From: Candidatus Methylomirabilis oxygeniifera
GTDB lineage: Bacteria; Methylomirabilota; Methylomirabilia; Methylomirabilales; Methylomirabilaceae
Direction of reading: 5' to 3'
NCBI GenBank assembly: GCA_000091165.1
Contig: FP565575.1
Coordinates: 2,520,001-2,552,000 of the forward strand
Length of the DNA: 32,000 bases
A program made the position numbers and the translations under genes. Below the pieces are notes generated by a model. That model searched no databases. It had not been told where the DNA came from and saw nothing but the letters and a program-made list of their open reading frames with translations. Positions 17,613 through 29,359 of this stretch are shown in pieces. Position 1 is the first letter of the stretch. Each line of letters begins with the position of its first letter.

Positions 17613-17674
17613 AACAGCATTCAGCAATCAGCGGTCAGCTTTCAGCCTGCTGACGGCTGAGAGCTGATAGCTTC
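17613..17674. repeat. TCAGC heptamer-type inverted repeat
   Basis: ACAGCATTCAGCAATCAGCGGTCAGCTTTCAGCctgctGACGGCTGAGAGCTGATAGC; 7-nt periodic TCAGCNA units and inverted arm. Confidence 0.75.
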
Positions 17675-17679
17675 TTTCT

Positions 17680-17765
17680 TGGCGGAGGGGGTAGGATTCG
17701 AACCCACGAGGCTTTCGCCTAACGGTTTTCAAGACCGCCGCCTTCAACCGCTCGGCCACCCCTCC
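17680..17765 (-). tRNA. tRNA-Ser (anticodon TGA), CCA encoded
   Basis: GGAGGGGTGGCCGAGCGGTTGAAGGCGGCGGTCTTGAAAACCGTTAGGCG...CCCCCTCCGCCA. Confidence 0.93.
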
Positions 17766-17772
17766 ACGAAGA

Positions 17773-17854
17773 ACAGGGTTTAGGGGCTAGGGTATAGAGT
17801 AAAGGCAAATACTCAGCCCCGAAACTATACCCTAAACCCTCCACCCTATACCCC
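17773..17854. repeat. GGGTATA-family inverted repeat abutting the 3' end of serS
   Basis: ACAGGGTTTAGGGGCTAGGGTATAGAGTAAA ... CTATACCCTAAACCCTCCACCCTATACCCC; the serS TAG stop (17846-17848) is inside the repeat. Confidence 0.8.
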
Positions 17855-19132
17855 GTCTTTACTGATCCGTTCCAGGCCCCCCATATAAGGTCGGATCGCC
17901 TCCGGAATATTTACGCTGCCGTCGGCCTCCTGAAAGTTCTCCAGGATCGCCAGCCACGTTCGCCCTACCGCAACGCCCGACCCGTTCAGCGTATGGACAA
18001 ACTGTGGCGCCGCCTTCGCCGAGGGTCGATAGCGAATGTTGGCCCGCCTCGCCTGAAACGCCTCGCAGTTGCTGATTGACGAGACCTCTCGATACGTCCC
18101 TTGACTCGGGATCCAGAGCTCGATGTCATAGGTTTTTGCAGCCGCAAACCCTAAATCGGTCGTACAGAGCGCCACCGTGCGGTACGGCAGGCCCAGCCGC
18201 TGCAGGACCGTCTCCGCGTGCCGGGTCATCTCCTCCAGCGCCTCATAGGAGCGCTCGGGCTCCGCAAGCTTCACCAACTCCACTTTATTGAACTGGTGCT
18301 GCCGCATGAGGCCCCGAGTGTCTTTACCGTACGAACCGGCCTCCCGCCGAAAACAGGGGGTATAGGCGACGTAGGAGAGGGGCAGTGTTCCGGGCGGCAG
18401 GATCTCCTCACGGTGAAGATTGGTCACAGGAACCTCTGCCGTCGGGATCATGTAGAGTCCTTCATCCTTCGTCTTGAACAGCTCCTCGCCAAACTTGGGG
18501 AGCTGGCCCGTTCCGCGCATGGCCTCGGCGTTCACCAAGAGCGGCGGGAGAATCTCTGTGTAACCGTGCTCCTTCCCGTGCAGATCAAGCATGAAGCCGA
18601 TCAGCGCACGCTCCAGCCTGGCCCCCACCCCTTTCAGGACGGCAAAGCGCGATTGCGCAATTGCGGCCGCTCGCTCGAAGTCCAGGATCCCCAGCGCTTC
18701 CCCGAGCTCCCAGTGCGATTTCGGCTCAAAGTCAAACTGACGGGGGCTACCCCATCGTCTGATCTCAACATTGTCTGCAGCCGATTGTCCGATCGGGACG
18801 GACGCATGCGGGAGGTTTGGGAGAAAGAGCGCGGCCTCCTGCAAGAGGTCTTCCTTCTCTTTGAGCTGCTTTTCTAAGCCGACCAGAAGATCGGCGTCGG
18901 CAGCCGCCTGTGCGATGGCATCACTTGCGCTCTGGCCTTGTCGCTTAAGTTCGGCTACCTTCTTCGACAGCTCATTGCGTCTCTGCCGAAGCCGCTCTAC
19001 CTCGATAAGCGTCGCTCGCCGCTCGGTATCAAGCCGAACAAACTCGTCCAGCGTTGAGGGCGCAGAGCCCTTGGCTGCAAGTCGCTCGCGCACAAAATCG
19101 GTATTGTCACGAATAAGTCTCAGGTCCAGCAC
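17846..19132 (-). CDS. serS: Seryl-tRNA synthetase
   Basis: MLDLRLIRDNTDFVRERLAAKG...IPTAEVPVTNLHREEIL...TPCFRREAGSYGKDTRGLMRQHQFNKVEL. Confidence 0.97.
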   Translation of the reverse strand: MLDLRLIRDNTDFVRERLAAKGSAPSTLDEFVRLDTERRATLIEVERLRQRRNELSKKVAELKRQGQSASDAIAQAAADADLLVGLEKQLKEKEDLLQEAALFLPNLPHASVPIGQSAADNVEIRRWGSPRQFDFEPKSHWELGEALGILDFERAAAIAQSRFAVLKGVGARLERALIGFMLDLHGKEHGYTEILPPLLVNAEAMRGTGQLPKFGEELFKTKDEGLYMIPTAEVPVTNLHREEILPPGTLPLSYVAYTPCFRREAGSYGKDTRGLMRQHQFNKVELVKLAEPERSYEALEEMTRHAETVLQRLGLPYRTVALCTTDLGFAAAKTYDIELWIPSQGTYREVSSISNCEAFQARRANIRYRPSAKAAPQFVHTLNGSGVAVGRTWLAILENFQEADGSVNIPEAIRPYMGGLERISKDGV

Positions 19133-19151
19133 GGGTACTTGCCAATTCCGT

Positions 19152-19227
19152 CCACCCTGAGCTTGTCGAAGGGTGAATCTTGTGACAGCGTTCCGTTCAT
19201 GCTTCGACAGGCTCAGCGCGAACGGTC
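19152..19227. repeat. Imperfect hairpin repeat CTGAGCTTGTCGAAG / CTTCGACAGGCTCAG
   Basis: tccacCCTGAGCTTGTCGAAGGgtgaa ... gttcatGCTTCGACAGGCTCAGcgcgaac; 15-nt arms with one mismatch, between serS and gyrA. Confidence 0.7.
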
Positions 19228-19314
19228 ATTATGCGATGCTGCGCTGCGGCTCGGTTGTCGCCAACGCGTGTTGCGCAGGCAGAGGCGTCACTATACCACG
19301 CCGCCCGACATCGC

Positions 19315-21840
19315 TCAAGCCTCGTCGAGCGGGCCGGCTTCTCCTCCCGGTTCAGGCGGGGACTGGGGCCCATCCGCCTCCTCAACGCCCTCGTCGTCAC
19401 TAACGAGCCGCGTCACTGCAGCCACGCGATCGGTTGGCTCAAGCCCCTGAAGCCTTACCCCCTGCGTAGCCCTGCCGATGAGGCTGATCTCGTCCACCCG
19501 CATCCGCGTAATCCTTCCTTCCTGAGAAATCATCATGATCTGATCGCCGGACTGCACCAGCATGACCCCGACTGCGGGACCGTTTCGGTCAGTCGCCCGA
19601 ATATTGATGATCCCCTTGCCGCCCCGACTCTGCAACCGATACTCTTCGGGGTCGGTCCGCTTGCCGTACCCCCGCTCCGTAACCGTGAGGACTGCCGCGC
19701 CTTGGGCGACCACCTCGGCCCCAACCACCTCGTCGCCCCCCTCCAGCGAGATCCCCTTGACGCCGCGAGCCGCGCGTCCGGCCGATCGAACCTCGTCTTC
19801 CTTAAAGCGGATCGCCATCCCCTGCCTGGTGCCGAGCAGAATCTCGTCGTCCCCTTTGGTGAGGCGGACTGCGATCAATTCGTCTCCCCCATCCAGCGTG
19901 ATGGCGATGATGCCGCCCGCGCGGGGGTTGCCGTAGGCATTCAGCTCGGTCTTCTTGACGATCCCGCGCCGTGTCGCCATCAGCAGGTAGCGATCGACCT
20001 CGAACTGGCGAATCGGGATGACGGTCGTGATCTGCTCCCCGACTCCGAGTTGCAGGAAGTTGGCGAGGGCTTTGCCCTTTGCCGCGTGCCCAAGCTGGGG
20101 CAACCCATACACCTTCAGCCAGTGCACCTTCCCTTGATTGGTAAAGAGGAGGAGGTGGCTGTGGGTGGTGGCGACAAAAAGATGCTCCACGTAGTCCTCC
20201 TCCTTGGTCGCCATCCCCGTCATCCCCTTACCGCCGCGGCGCTGGCTCCGATAGGCGTTGAGGTTGCTCCGCTTGATATACCCGCCGTGTGTGATAGGAA
20301 TGACCATTTCCTCGTCGGCCAGCATATCTTCCAGCTCGATCTCGGTGGTCTCTTCAAGGATCTCCGTGCGGCGCAGGTCGCCGTAGGTCTCCTTGATCGC
20401 CAGCAGCTCTTCTTTGATAATCTGACACACCAGGGCTTCGCTGGCCAGTATGGCGCGGTACCGTTCGATGGCCGCAATGGTCTCGCTGTACTCATCCTGG
20501 ATCTTTTGCCGCTCAAGTTGCGTCAGACGCTGCAGGCGCAACTCCAAAATGGCCTGGGCCTGGATTTGGCTCATGCCGAACTGCTCCATCAGCCCGGCGC
20601 GGGCGTCGTCCGCCGAGCGGGATCGCCGGATCAGGGCGATGACCGCGTCCAGGTGGTCCAGCGCGATCCGATACCCCTCCAGGATATGGGCGCGCTCCTC
20701 AGCCTTCCTGAGATCAAAGCGAGTCCGCCGGATCACGATGGTCTTTCGGTGTTCGATGAAGTGTGAGAGCGCTTCCTTCAGCGCCAGGACCTTCGGCTGG
20801 CCTTCAACGAGGGCAAGCATAATGGCGCCGAAGGTCGATTGCATCGCCGTGTGCTTGAAGAGCTGGTTGAGGATCGGGGGGGCCGGCTGCTCCTTTTTAA
20901 GCTCGATCACGATGCGCATCCCTTCCCGGTCCGACTCATCCCGAAGATCTGCAATCCCTTCGATCTTCCGGTCTCGAACCAGTTCGGCGATCCGCTCGAT
21001 CAGCTTGGCCTTATTCACCTGATACGGCAGCTCCGAGACAATGATGGCCTCGCGAGCGCCTCGGCTCTTTTCCACAAACGCCTTTGCGCGCATCCGGATC
21101 AGGCCCCGGCCCGTCAGGTAGGCATCCCGAATTCCCGTCCTGCCATAGATATAGGCGCCCGTCGGAAAGTCCGGCCCCGGCAGCACGGCCATCAGCCGGT
21201 CCGGCGTCGCGTCCGGATCCTCAAGCAGGATCAGCAGGGCATCCACCGTCTCGCTAAGGTTGTGGGGCGGAATGTTGGTGGCCATCCCGACGGCGATCCC
21301 CGAAGAGCCGTTGACCAGTAGATTCGGCAGCGCGGCCGGCAGTAGCGTCGGCTCTTCAAGGGTCTCGTCGAAGTTGGGCGCCAGGTCCACCGTCTCCTTG
21401 TCGATGTCCCGAAGCATCTCCTGGGCAATCTTCGCCAGTCGTACCTCGGTATACCGCATCGCCGCCGGCGCGTCCCCGTCCACCGAGCCGAAGTTGCCCT
21501 GGCCGTCAATGAGGGGATATCGCATCGAAAAGTCCTGGACCAGACGAACGATGGTGTCGTAAACGGCCGTATCGCCGTGAGGATGGTACTTTCCCAGGAC
21601 CTCACCGACGATGCGCGCCGCCTTCTTGTATGAACGGCCTGCGCTCAGTCCCAGCTCCTGCATGGCGTAGAGCACCCTGCGGTGGACGGGCTTAAGTCCA
21701 TCCCGCACATCGGGCAGGGCTCGGCCGATGATGACGCTCATCGCGTAGTCCATGTACGACCGGCGCATCTCCTCGTGGATGTCCGTCGGCCTAACCTCGC
21801 CCACCCGATTTAACCCAATGTGCTGCTGCTCTTCAGGCAT
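19315..21840 (-). CDS. gyrA: DNA gyrase subunit A
   Basis: [68 protein letters not shown], GyrA-box QRRGGKG. Confidence 0.96.
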   Translation of the reverse strand: MPEEQQHIGLNRVGEVRPTDIHEEMRRSYMDYAMSVIIGRALPDVRDGLKPVHRRVLYAMQELGLSAGRSYKKAARIVGEVLGKYHPHGDTAVYDTIVRLVQDFSMRYPLIDGQGNFGSVDGDAPAAMRYTEVRLAKIAQEMLRDIDKETVDLAPNFDETLEEPTLLPAALPNLLVNGSSGIAVGMATNIPPHNLSETVDALLILLEDPDATPDRLMAVLPGPDFPTGAYIYGRTGIRDAYLTGRGLIRMRAKAFVEKSRGAREAIIVSELPYQVNKAKLIERIAELVRDRKIEGIADLRDESDREGMRIVIELKKEQPAPPILNQLFKHTAMQSTFGAIMLALVEGQPKVLALKEALSHFIEHRKTIVIRRTRFDLRKAEERAHILEGYRIALDHLDAVIALIRRSRSADDARAGLMEQFGMSQIQAQAILELRLQRLTQLERQKIQDEYSETIAAIERYRAILASEALVCQIIKEELLAIKETYGDLRRTEILEETTEIELEDMLADEEMVIPITHGGYIKRSNLNAYRSQRRGGKGMTGMATKEEDYVEHLFVATTHSHLLLFTNQGKVHWLKVYGLPQLGHAAKGKALANFLQLGVGEQITTVIPIRQFEVDRYLLMATRRGIVKKTELNAYGNPRAGGIIAITLDGGDELIAVRLTKGDDEILLGTRQGMAIRFKEDEVRSAGRAARGVKGISLEGGDEVVGAEVVAQGAAVLTVTERGYGKRTDPEEYRLQSRGGKGIINIRATDRNGPAVGVMLVQSGDQIMMISQEGRITRMRVDEISLIGRATQGVRLQGLEPTDRVAAVTRLVSDDEGVEEADGPQSPPEPGGEAGPLDEA

Positions 21841-21944
21841 TCGCTTCTCCCGTTCTGCACAAACGAAAACGGCCCGATCTCCGGGCCTCGACGCAATAGC
21901 AGCTCATCGTCGGTTGTTACAGCTCCAGGGGGTTCACTGTCCCC

Positions 21945-21979
21945 CCCTAAACTCTTCACCCTACACCCTATACCCTGTT
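21945..21979. repeat. GGGTATA-family repeat, single arm, between gyrB and gyrA
   Basis: CCCTAAACTCTTCACCCTACACCCTATACCCTG. Confidence 0.6.
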
Positions 21980-21989
21980 TCTTTGTGGG

Positions 21990-24497
<2,508 letters not shown>

Positions 24498-24552
24498 CTA
24501 GTGGCTCGTGGTGCATGATTGCTGAGGAATAGTTCGGGCCATTGGTCACACA

Positions 24553-25659
24553 CTACAGCCTCATCGGCATAATCACACACGTATACTGCTTGTCGTCCTT
24601 GCCGGAAAATAGCGCCGGGCTGAGCGGGTCCTGTAGTCGGATCGTCGCCTGTTCGGTGGTCAGCGCACCTAGGAAGTCCAGGATGTACCGCGCGTTGAAT
24701 CCCACACTCATCTCGTCATGTTGATACTCAATATCGAGACGTTCTCGCGCCTCCCCAAGGTCGAGGTTCACGCAACTGAGCAGGAGTCGCCCGGGGGTGA
24801 ATTTCATCGTGGTGGGGAGAGCGCGCTCACCCAGAATGGTGGACGTTCGACGAAGCCCGGCCAGGAACGCCTCGCGATTAACCGTGACCTCCTTGGTCGC
24901 ATTGGCGGGAATGACCTGTTCATAGTTAGGAAACTGTCCCTCAATGAGGCGCGCGTCGATCAGGGTGTCGTCGGTCTGGAGAAGAAGGTGATTATCTGAG
25001 ATCTCGATGGTGATTTGGCCGGGTTCTTCTCGCAACAACTTGAGCGTCTCTGCCGCGGCTTTCCGCGGGATAATGGCGTCGATTGCGGCGGTCAACTGAC
25101 AGCTATCGGATGACAACTCATGATTGGTCATTGCGAGCCGATGACCGTCAGTGGCTACCATCTTGACATCCTTTGGCGTGACACGAAAGAGGATTCCATT
25201 TAAAGTATAGCGAGTCTGATCGGATGAGACAGCAAACAATGTCCGTCGTATCATGTCGCGAAACAGGCGACGATCAATAACAATGCCGCTCTGCTTCGGT
25301 TCGCGCATGGATGGAAAATCGTCCCGGGACAAACCTTTTACTCTAAATTCTGAGTTGCCACATGTGATGGTCGCTGTCAGCTCTCCATCGACAGAGAGAT
25401 CCACGGATGTCGCGGGGAGTTCGCGAACGATTTCATAGAGCTTTCTTGCTGAAAGCGCGATAGATCCCTCCTTCACGACTTGCCCTGGCACTCGTTTTCG
25501 CACCCCAATATCCAGATCGGTTCCAAACACCGAAAGGTACGAAGGAGAGGTCTCCAGGAGGAGGTGAGAGAGGATGGGAAGGCTCCGTTTGGTTTCTACA
25601 ACAGCCTGAATCGGCCCGACACCATTAAGCAGGTCGTCCCGTAACACCTTGATGTGCAT
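24553..25659 (-). CDS. dnaN: DNA polymerase III beta sliding clamp
   Basis: MHIKVLRDDLLNGVGPIQAVVETKRSLPILSHLLLE...; C-terminal YTCVIMPMRL. Confidence 0.96.
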   Translation of the reverse strand: MHIKVLRDDLLNGVGPIQAVVETKRSLPILSHLLLETSPSYLSVFGTDLDIGVRKRVPGQVVKEGSIALSARKLYEIVRELPATSVDLSVDGELTATITCGNSEFRVKGLSRDDFPSMREPKQSGIVIDRRLFRDMIRRTLFAVSSDQTRYTLNGILFRVTPKDVKMVATDGHRLAMTNHELSSDSCQLTAAIDAIIPRKAAAETLKLLREEPGQITIEISDNHLLLQTDDTLIDARLIEGQFPNYEQVIPANATKEVTVNREAFLAGLRRTSTILGERALPTTMKFTPGRLLLSCVNLDLGEARERLDIEYQHDEMSVGFNARYILDFLGALTTEQATIRLQDPLSPALFSGKDDKQYTCVIMPMRL

Positions 25660-25749
25660 GTACTTCTCACTCCTCTGGAAGTGTTAGTGATTCTCTGGGT
25701 ATTCAGGATAAGAATTTAAAGATTCGAAGTAGTAATAGGTGCCTCTGGA

Positions 25750-25975
25750 AATGTGGATGACTCCGCCGGCCCGCATAGCGGCACGCGTTTTATAGGATCG
25801 ATCCAATGAGAAGGGTTGTGTATAACGTGCACAATGATTGAAGGTGTCGACAGATATCAACAGGCTCCCCACAGAAAATATCGACCTGCTGGGATTACAT
25901 ACTTACACACACCTTGTCCACACCTGTTGAAAACTTCTAGAGCTTTAGATATAGATAGTTAGTTACGACTTGTAT
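25750..25975. promoter_or_regulatory. oriC: Candidate chromosomal origin (oriC) with DnaA-box-like motifs
   Basis: TTATACACA on minus strand (25817-25825, matches TTATNCACA); TCATCCACA minus (25754-25762) and TTGTCCACA plus (25914-25922), one mismatch each; followed by AT-rich TAG-rich stretch ctTAGATATAGATAGTTAGTTA; lies at the point where gene orientation flips. Confidence 0.6.
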
Positions 25976-26036
25976 CAAGCGGAGCAAAAGGAAGGCAATA
26001 CCGGCCAGCCTCGTCGGCTCCATGCGCTATTTTGGC

Positions 26037-26065
26037 TTGACAGCCGAGTCGTCGCAAGCTATATT
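26037..26065 (+). promoter_or_regulatory. Sigma70-type promoter for rpmH operon
   Basis: TTGACA (26037-26042), 17-bp spacer, TATATT (26060-26065), 59 bp upstream of the rpmH start. Confidence 0.7.
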
Positions 26066-26124
26066 GGCTTTTGTTTTCATTGTGAACAGGGGAACAATCG
26101 TCTACCGCTCAATAGGAATTCATC

Positions 26125-26259
26125 ATGAAACGGACATATCAGCCCAACAAGAGCAAGCGAAAACGAACGCACGGTTTTCTGGCTCGCATGAGCACCCCTA
26201 ACGGCCGGAACGTCATCAAGCGAAGAAGGGCAAAAGGCCGCAAAAGGCTCACCGTGTAA
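26125..26259 (+). CDS. rpmH: Ribosomal protein bL34
   Basis: Not in the ORF track (short). Translation [44 protein letters not shown]. Confidence 0.97.
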   Translation: MKRTYQPNKSKRKRTHGFLARMSTPNGRNVIKRRRAKGRKRLTV

Positions 26260-26329
26260 TTTTGCTCTTCGCTTCTGCTGAGTACCGCCGGTTTAACGTA
26301 TTCTCAATCGCTAGAGATCGATCACAGCA

Positions 26330-26698
26330 ATGCAACGACCGGCATCGAGCGGTACAGCCCGAACGAGAAGGGCTTTTAACAACAAATATTTTACGCTGTA
26401 TGCGCGGTTTGCGTCAACTAAAAAACAACAGCTCCAATTAGCTTTTGGGGCGCGCACAGGCACGGCAACAGTTCGGAATAGAGCAAAACGCTTGGCGCGT
26501 GAGACGTTTCGACTCAATTGCCACCGGCTTCCAGCGGGCATTGAAATTCTGATAACCGCCCAAAAGGGCATTGGCGCTCTTAGCCGACGCGATATGAGAG
26601 GTCAGATCGTAGATCTCTTTGAGTACGCGTGTAAACTCTCACCATCCAGCTCCTCCGAACCACCGGTTAGGGCAGGTGACACCAGCACGCATCGTTAG
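26330..26698 (+). CDS. rnpA: Ribonuclease P protein component
   Basis: [12 protein letters not shown]...[24 protein letters not shown]...[14 protein letters not shown]; between rpmH and yidD. Confidence 0.88.
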   Translation: MQRPASSGTARTRRAFNNKYFTLYARFASTKKQQLQLAFGARTGTATVRNRAKRLARETFRLNCHRLPAGIEILITAQKGIGALSRRDMRGQIVDLFEYACKLSPSSSSEPPVRAGDTSTHR

Positions 26699-26891
26699 AG
26701 GGATTCTGGTGGCGTACAAGGCGATGGTGTCGCCACTGCTGCCCCCAGCCTGTAGGTTCTACCCTACTTGCGCGGATTATGCGGATGAGGCGATAGGCAG
26801 GTATGGGCTGACGCGAGGCCTGCTTCTCGCTGCGTACCGTCTCGCCCGATGTCACCCGTGGTGCGAGGGCGGATACGACCCGGTAAAATAG
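26619..26891 (+). CDS. yidD: Membrane protein insertion efficiency factor YidD (start may be GTG 26675)
   Basis: [67 protein letters not shown]. Confidence 0.93.
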   Translation: MSTRVNSHHPAPPNHRLGQVTPARIVRGILVAYKAMVSPLLPPACRFYPTCADYADEAIGRYGLTRGLLLAAYRLARCHPWCEGGYDPVK

Positions 26892-26935
26892 GCGGCTGCC
26901 GTTTTTGAGTTTGCAGCCTTCGCGATAGGAGTGAC

Positions 26936-28609
26936 ATGTCGTCACAGGTTCGAGCACTGCTGGCGGTCGCCCTTGCGACCGTAATTCTTTTCGGCGCACA
27001 GTTCCTCCTGCCGGGTCCTAAAGAGTCGAAAGAATCATCGGAGCCGTCGAAACAGGAGGCGGTCGGTACTGCAACAAAATCCCCGACGTCCCCAGCGAGC
27101 AAAGCTCCCGGTCCGTTGGAGCGCCCCCAGGTGCGGGAAGTCGTTCCGAGAGCTCCGGAGCGAGAAGCAATCGTGGAGACGGACGTTGTGAGGGCCGTCT
27201 TGACGTCGCGGGGTGGGGCGCTGAAGAGTTGGCGGCTCAAGTCGTACCGGGCCGCTGACGGCCAGGGGGTGGACCTCGTCGCGCTCCAGCAGGGGGAGTT
27301 GCCGGGTCCGCTTCTGGTCTCCAGCGGCAATCCGGAGGAGCCGGCGCCGCTGGACTTCGACATCGATAAAGCGGAGGTCAGCCTTCGTTCGCCGTCCGAG
27401 ACCGGGTCGATTACCTTTTCTTCGCGCGGAAGCGGGCCGCTTCAACTCTCCAAGCGCCTGACATTCAAAGGCAATAGCTATCGCGTTGAGGTTGAGTTCT
27501 CCTGGAAAAACACCGGCAAAAAGCCGATAACCATCGCGCCGGAAATCGCGTGGGGTCCAGGATTCTACAGCGGCGTCGACGGTGAGCGTGCGCAGGTCGT
27601 GTCAGCCACAAGCTGGGTAGATGGGCGCCGCGTGACGGACGACCTTGGAAGTCTTAAGGGTGCTGTTACCCATAGCGGGCAGGTATCGTGGACGGCCCTT
27701 CAGAATCTCTACTTCGCCGCAGCGCTCTTGCCTGAAGGCAAAGGGAGTACGGCGACGATACGCAAAGGGCCGGAGGAACAGCCGGTCATTGCTCTCGTCA
27801 CCCCAACTCAGAGCCTTGAGCCGGGGGGGGGGTTGACGCAGCGCGTTGCTGTCTATAGTGGGCCGAAGGATCTGGACCATCTCAATGCCGCCGGATCGGA
27901 TCTCAGTAAAATCGTGGATCTTGGGTGGTTCGATGCGCTCGCCCGTCCTGCGCTTCACCTGCTGCGTTTTCTGAATCGCATTAGCGGCAACTACGGTGTC
28001 GCCATCATCCTGGTGAGCGTGCTGCAGAAGATCGTTCTTCATCCCCTTACCGCAAAAAGCCTCCGGTCGATGCAGGCGATGAAGGCGTTGCAACCGAAGA
28101 TCGCCGCCATCTCGGAGCGCAATAAAAACAATCCGCAGAAGAAGCAGCAAGAGGTCATGGGGCTGTACAAAAAGCACGGAGTCAACCCGCTGGGCGGGTG
28201 CCTCCCAATGCTGATTCAGCTCCCAATCTTCGTCGCACTCTACAACGCGCTCTCGAGCTCAGTGGAGATGTGGCGAGCCCCATTTCTTTGGATTAAGGAT
28301 CTTTCTCAGCCGGATGCCCTCTTCGCGTTTGATGTGTGGGGCTTGAAGGACTACCCCTTTAACCTATTGGCGCTATTGATGGGCGCAAGTATGTTCTTCC
28401 AACAAAAGATGTCCCCCCCCAGCTCAAGTGATCCGCAGCAGGCGAAGCTGATGTTGTGGATGATGCCGACCATGTTTACCTTCATGTTTTGGACCTTCCC
28501 TTCAGGGTTGGTGTTGTATTGGCTTGTGAGCAATATCCTCCAGATGGGTCAACAGCAGTGGCTGCAGAAGCGAGGAAAGCTCGCACTCAGTGGACCGGAG
28601 GCGACCTAA
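26936..28609 (+). CDS. yidC: Membrane protein insertase YidC/Oxa1
   Basis: MSSQVRALLAVALATVILFGAQFLL...GNYGVAIILVSVLQKIVLHPLTAKSLRSMQAMKALQPKI...NPLGGCLPMLIQLPIFVALYNAL. Confidence 0.95.
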   Translation: MSSQVRALLAVALATVILFGAQFLLPGPKESKESSEPSKQEAVGTATKSPTSPASKAPGPLERPQVREVVPRAPEREAIVETDVVRAVLTSRGGALKSWRLKSYRAADGQGVDLVALQQGELPGPLLVSSGNPEEPAPLDFDIDKAEVSLRSPSETGSITFSSRGSGPLQLSKRLTFKGNSYRVEVEFSWKNTGKKPITIAPEIAWGPGFYSGVDGERAQVVSATSWVDGRRVTDDLGSLKGAVTHSGQVSWTALQNLYFAAALLPEGKGSTATIRKGPEEQPVIALVTPTQSLEPGGGLTQRVAVYSGPKDLDHLNAAGSDLSKIVDLGWFDALARPALHLLRFLNRISGNYGVAIILVSVLQKIVLHPLTAKSLRSMQAMKALQPKIAAISERNKNNPQKKQQEVMGLYKKHGVNPLGGCLPMLIQLPIFVALYNALSSSVEMWRAPFLWIKDLSQPDALFAFDVWGLKDYPFNLLALLMGASMFFQQKMSPPSSSDPQQAKLMLWMMPTMFTFMFWTFPSGLVLYWLVSNILQMGQQQWLQKRGKLALSGPEAT

Positions 28610-29339
28610 CCGGATTGCCACGCCGGAGCGGGCGGCCCAACAGACTATTGCCGACCGCAGCGAGCTTCTGACTCGAGGGCTCGACCGTATCGGGCTTCAG
28701 TTGACGCCCGCGCAACGCGAGGCGTTCGACATCTACCTGTCGGAGTTGCGACGGTGGGCCTCGCAGATAAATCTGACCGGCCTGAGATCGGAAGAGGCCA
28801 TCATCCGAGAGGGGTTCCTGCGCTCTCTTGCCCATAGGGCGGCCTTCGAGCCCGCACCGTCAGTGAAAGCCATAGACGTCGGATCGGGTGCGGGGTTCCC
28901 CGGCCTGGTCCTCAAAATGGGCTATCCCGACATTGAGATAGTGTTGCTCGAGCCCAGGCGGAAGCGAGCCGCCTTTCTGCGCTCCACCATACGACGTCTG
29001 GAGCTTACCGGTGTTCGCTGTATCCAGGCCAGGGTCGAGGCGCTGTACGGGGATGCCGAACATCAGGGTAGATATGCTGTCGCCTTCGCGCGTGCAGTTG
29101 GTCCGGTCGCGGACGTGGCGCGCATGATTAAGCCACTCCTGACGCCTGGTGGACGCCTGATTGTGCAGGCGGGGCAAGAAGCGCGCGACTCACTCCCCTC
29201 CCTGCGCCCATTGCTTGCCGCATTGGGGATGAGGGCGGAGATCCGGGAGGGTCCTGCCCCAGACGAGGGGAGTCCACCAACCTACCTGCTTGTCATCGAG
29301 AGGACTGACAGCGTAGAAGAGATGATGGCCGACAGTTAA
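28590..29339 (+). CDS. rsmG: 16S rRNA (guanine(527)-N(7))-methyltransferase RsmG
   Basis: RWASQINLTGLRSEEAIIREGFLRSLA...KAIDVGSGAGFPGLVLKMGYPDIEIVLLEPRRKRAAFL. Confidence 0.93.
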   Translation: MDRRRPNRIATPERAAQQTIADRSELLTRGLDRIGLQLTPAQREAFDIYLSELRRWASQINLTGLRSEEAIIREGFLRSLAHRAAFEPAPSVKAIDVGSGAGFPGLVLKMGYPDIEIVLLEPRRKRAAFLRSTIRRLELTGVRCIQARVEALYGDAEHQGRYAVAFARAVGPVADVARMIKPLLTPGGRLIVQAGQEARDSLPSLRPLLAALGMRAEIREGPAPDEGSPPTYLLVIERTDSVEEMMADS

Positions 29340-29343
29340 AGAA

Positions 29344-29359
29344 TGTTTCACGTGAAACT
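29344..29359. promoter_or_regulatory. parS: parS-like site 1
   Basis: TGTTTCACGTGAAACT, 15/16 match to TGTTTCACGTGAAACA; four nt after the rsmG stop. Confidence 0.85.

Noticed and set aside
15729-17857. Telomere-like or CRISPR-like interpretation of the GGGTATA arrays
   Set aside because: Units are 7 nt with no spacers, so not CRISPR; arrays are internal, short and inverted-paired, so not telomeric.
19231-20766. 511-aa plus-strand ORF antisense to gyrA, and similar long antisense ORFs (6566-7747, 23418-24407)
   Set aside because: Typical mirror ORFs of high-GC coding sequence; the opposite strand encodes clear conserved proteins.
19315-21840. Thr at the GyrA position equivalent to E. coli Ser83 (GDTAVYD)
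   Set aside because: Thr is a common wild-type residue in many phyla and the Asp87 equivalent is intact; not evidence of acquired quinolone resistance.
25684-25872. 62-aa minus-strand ORF in the putative origin spacer
   Set aside because: Short, overlaps two DnaA-box-like motifs, no family signature; more likely non-coding.
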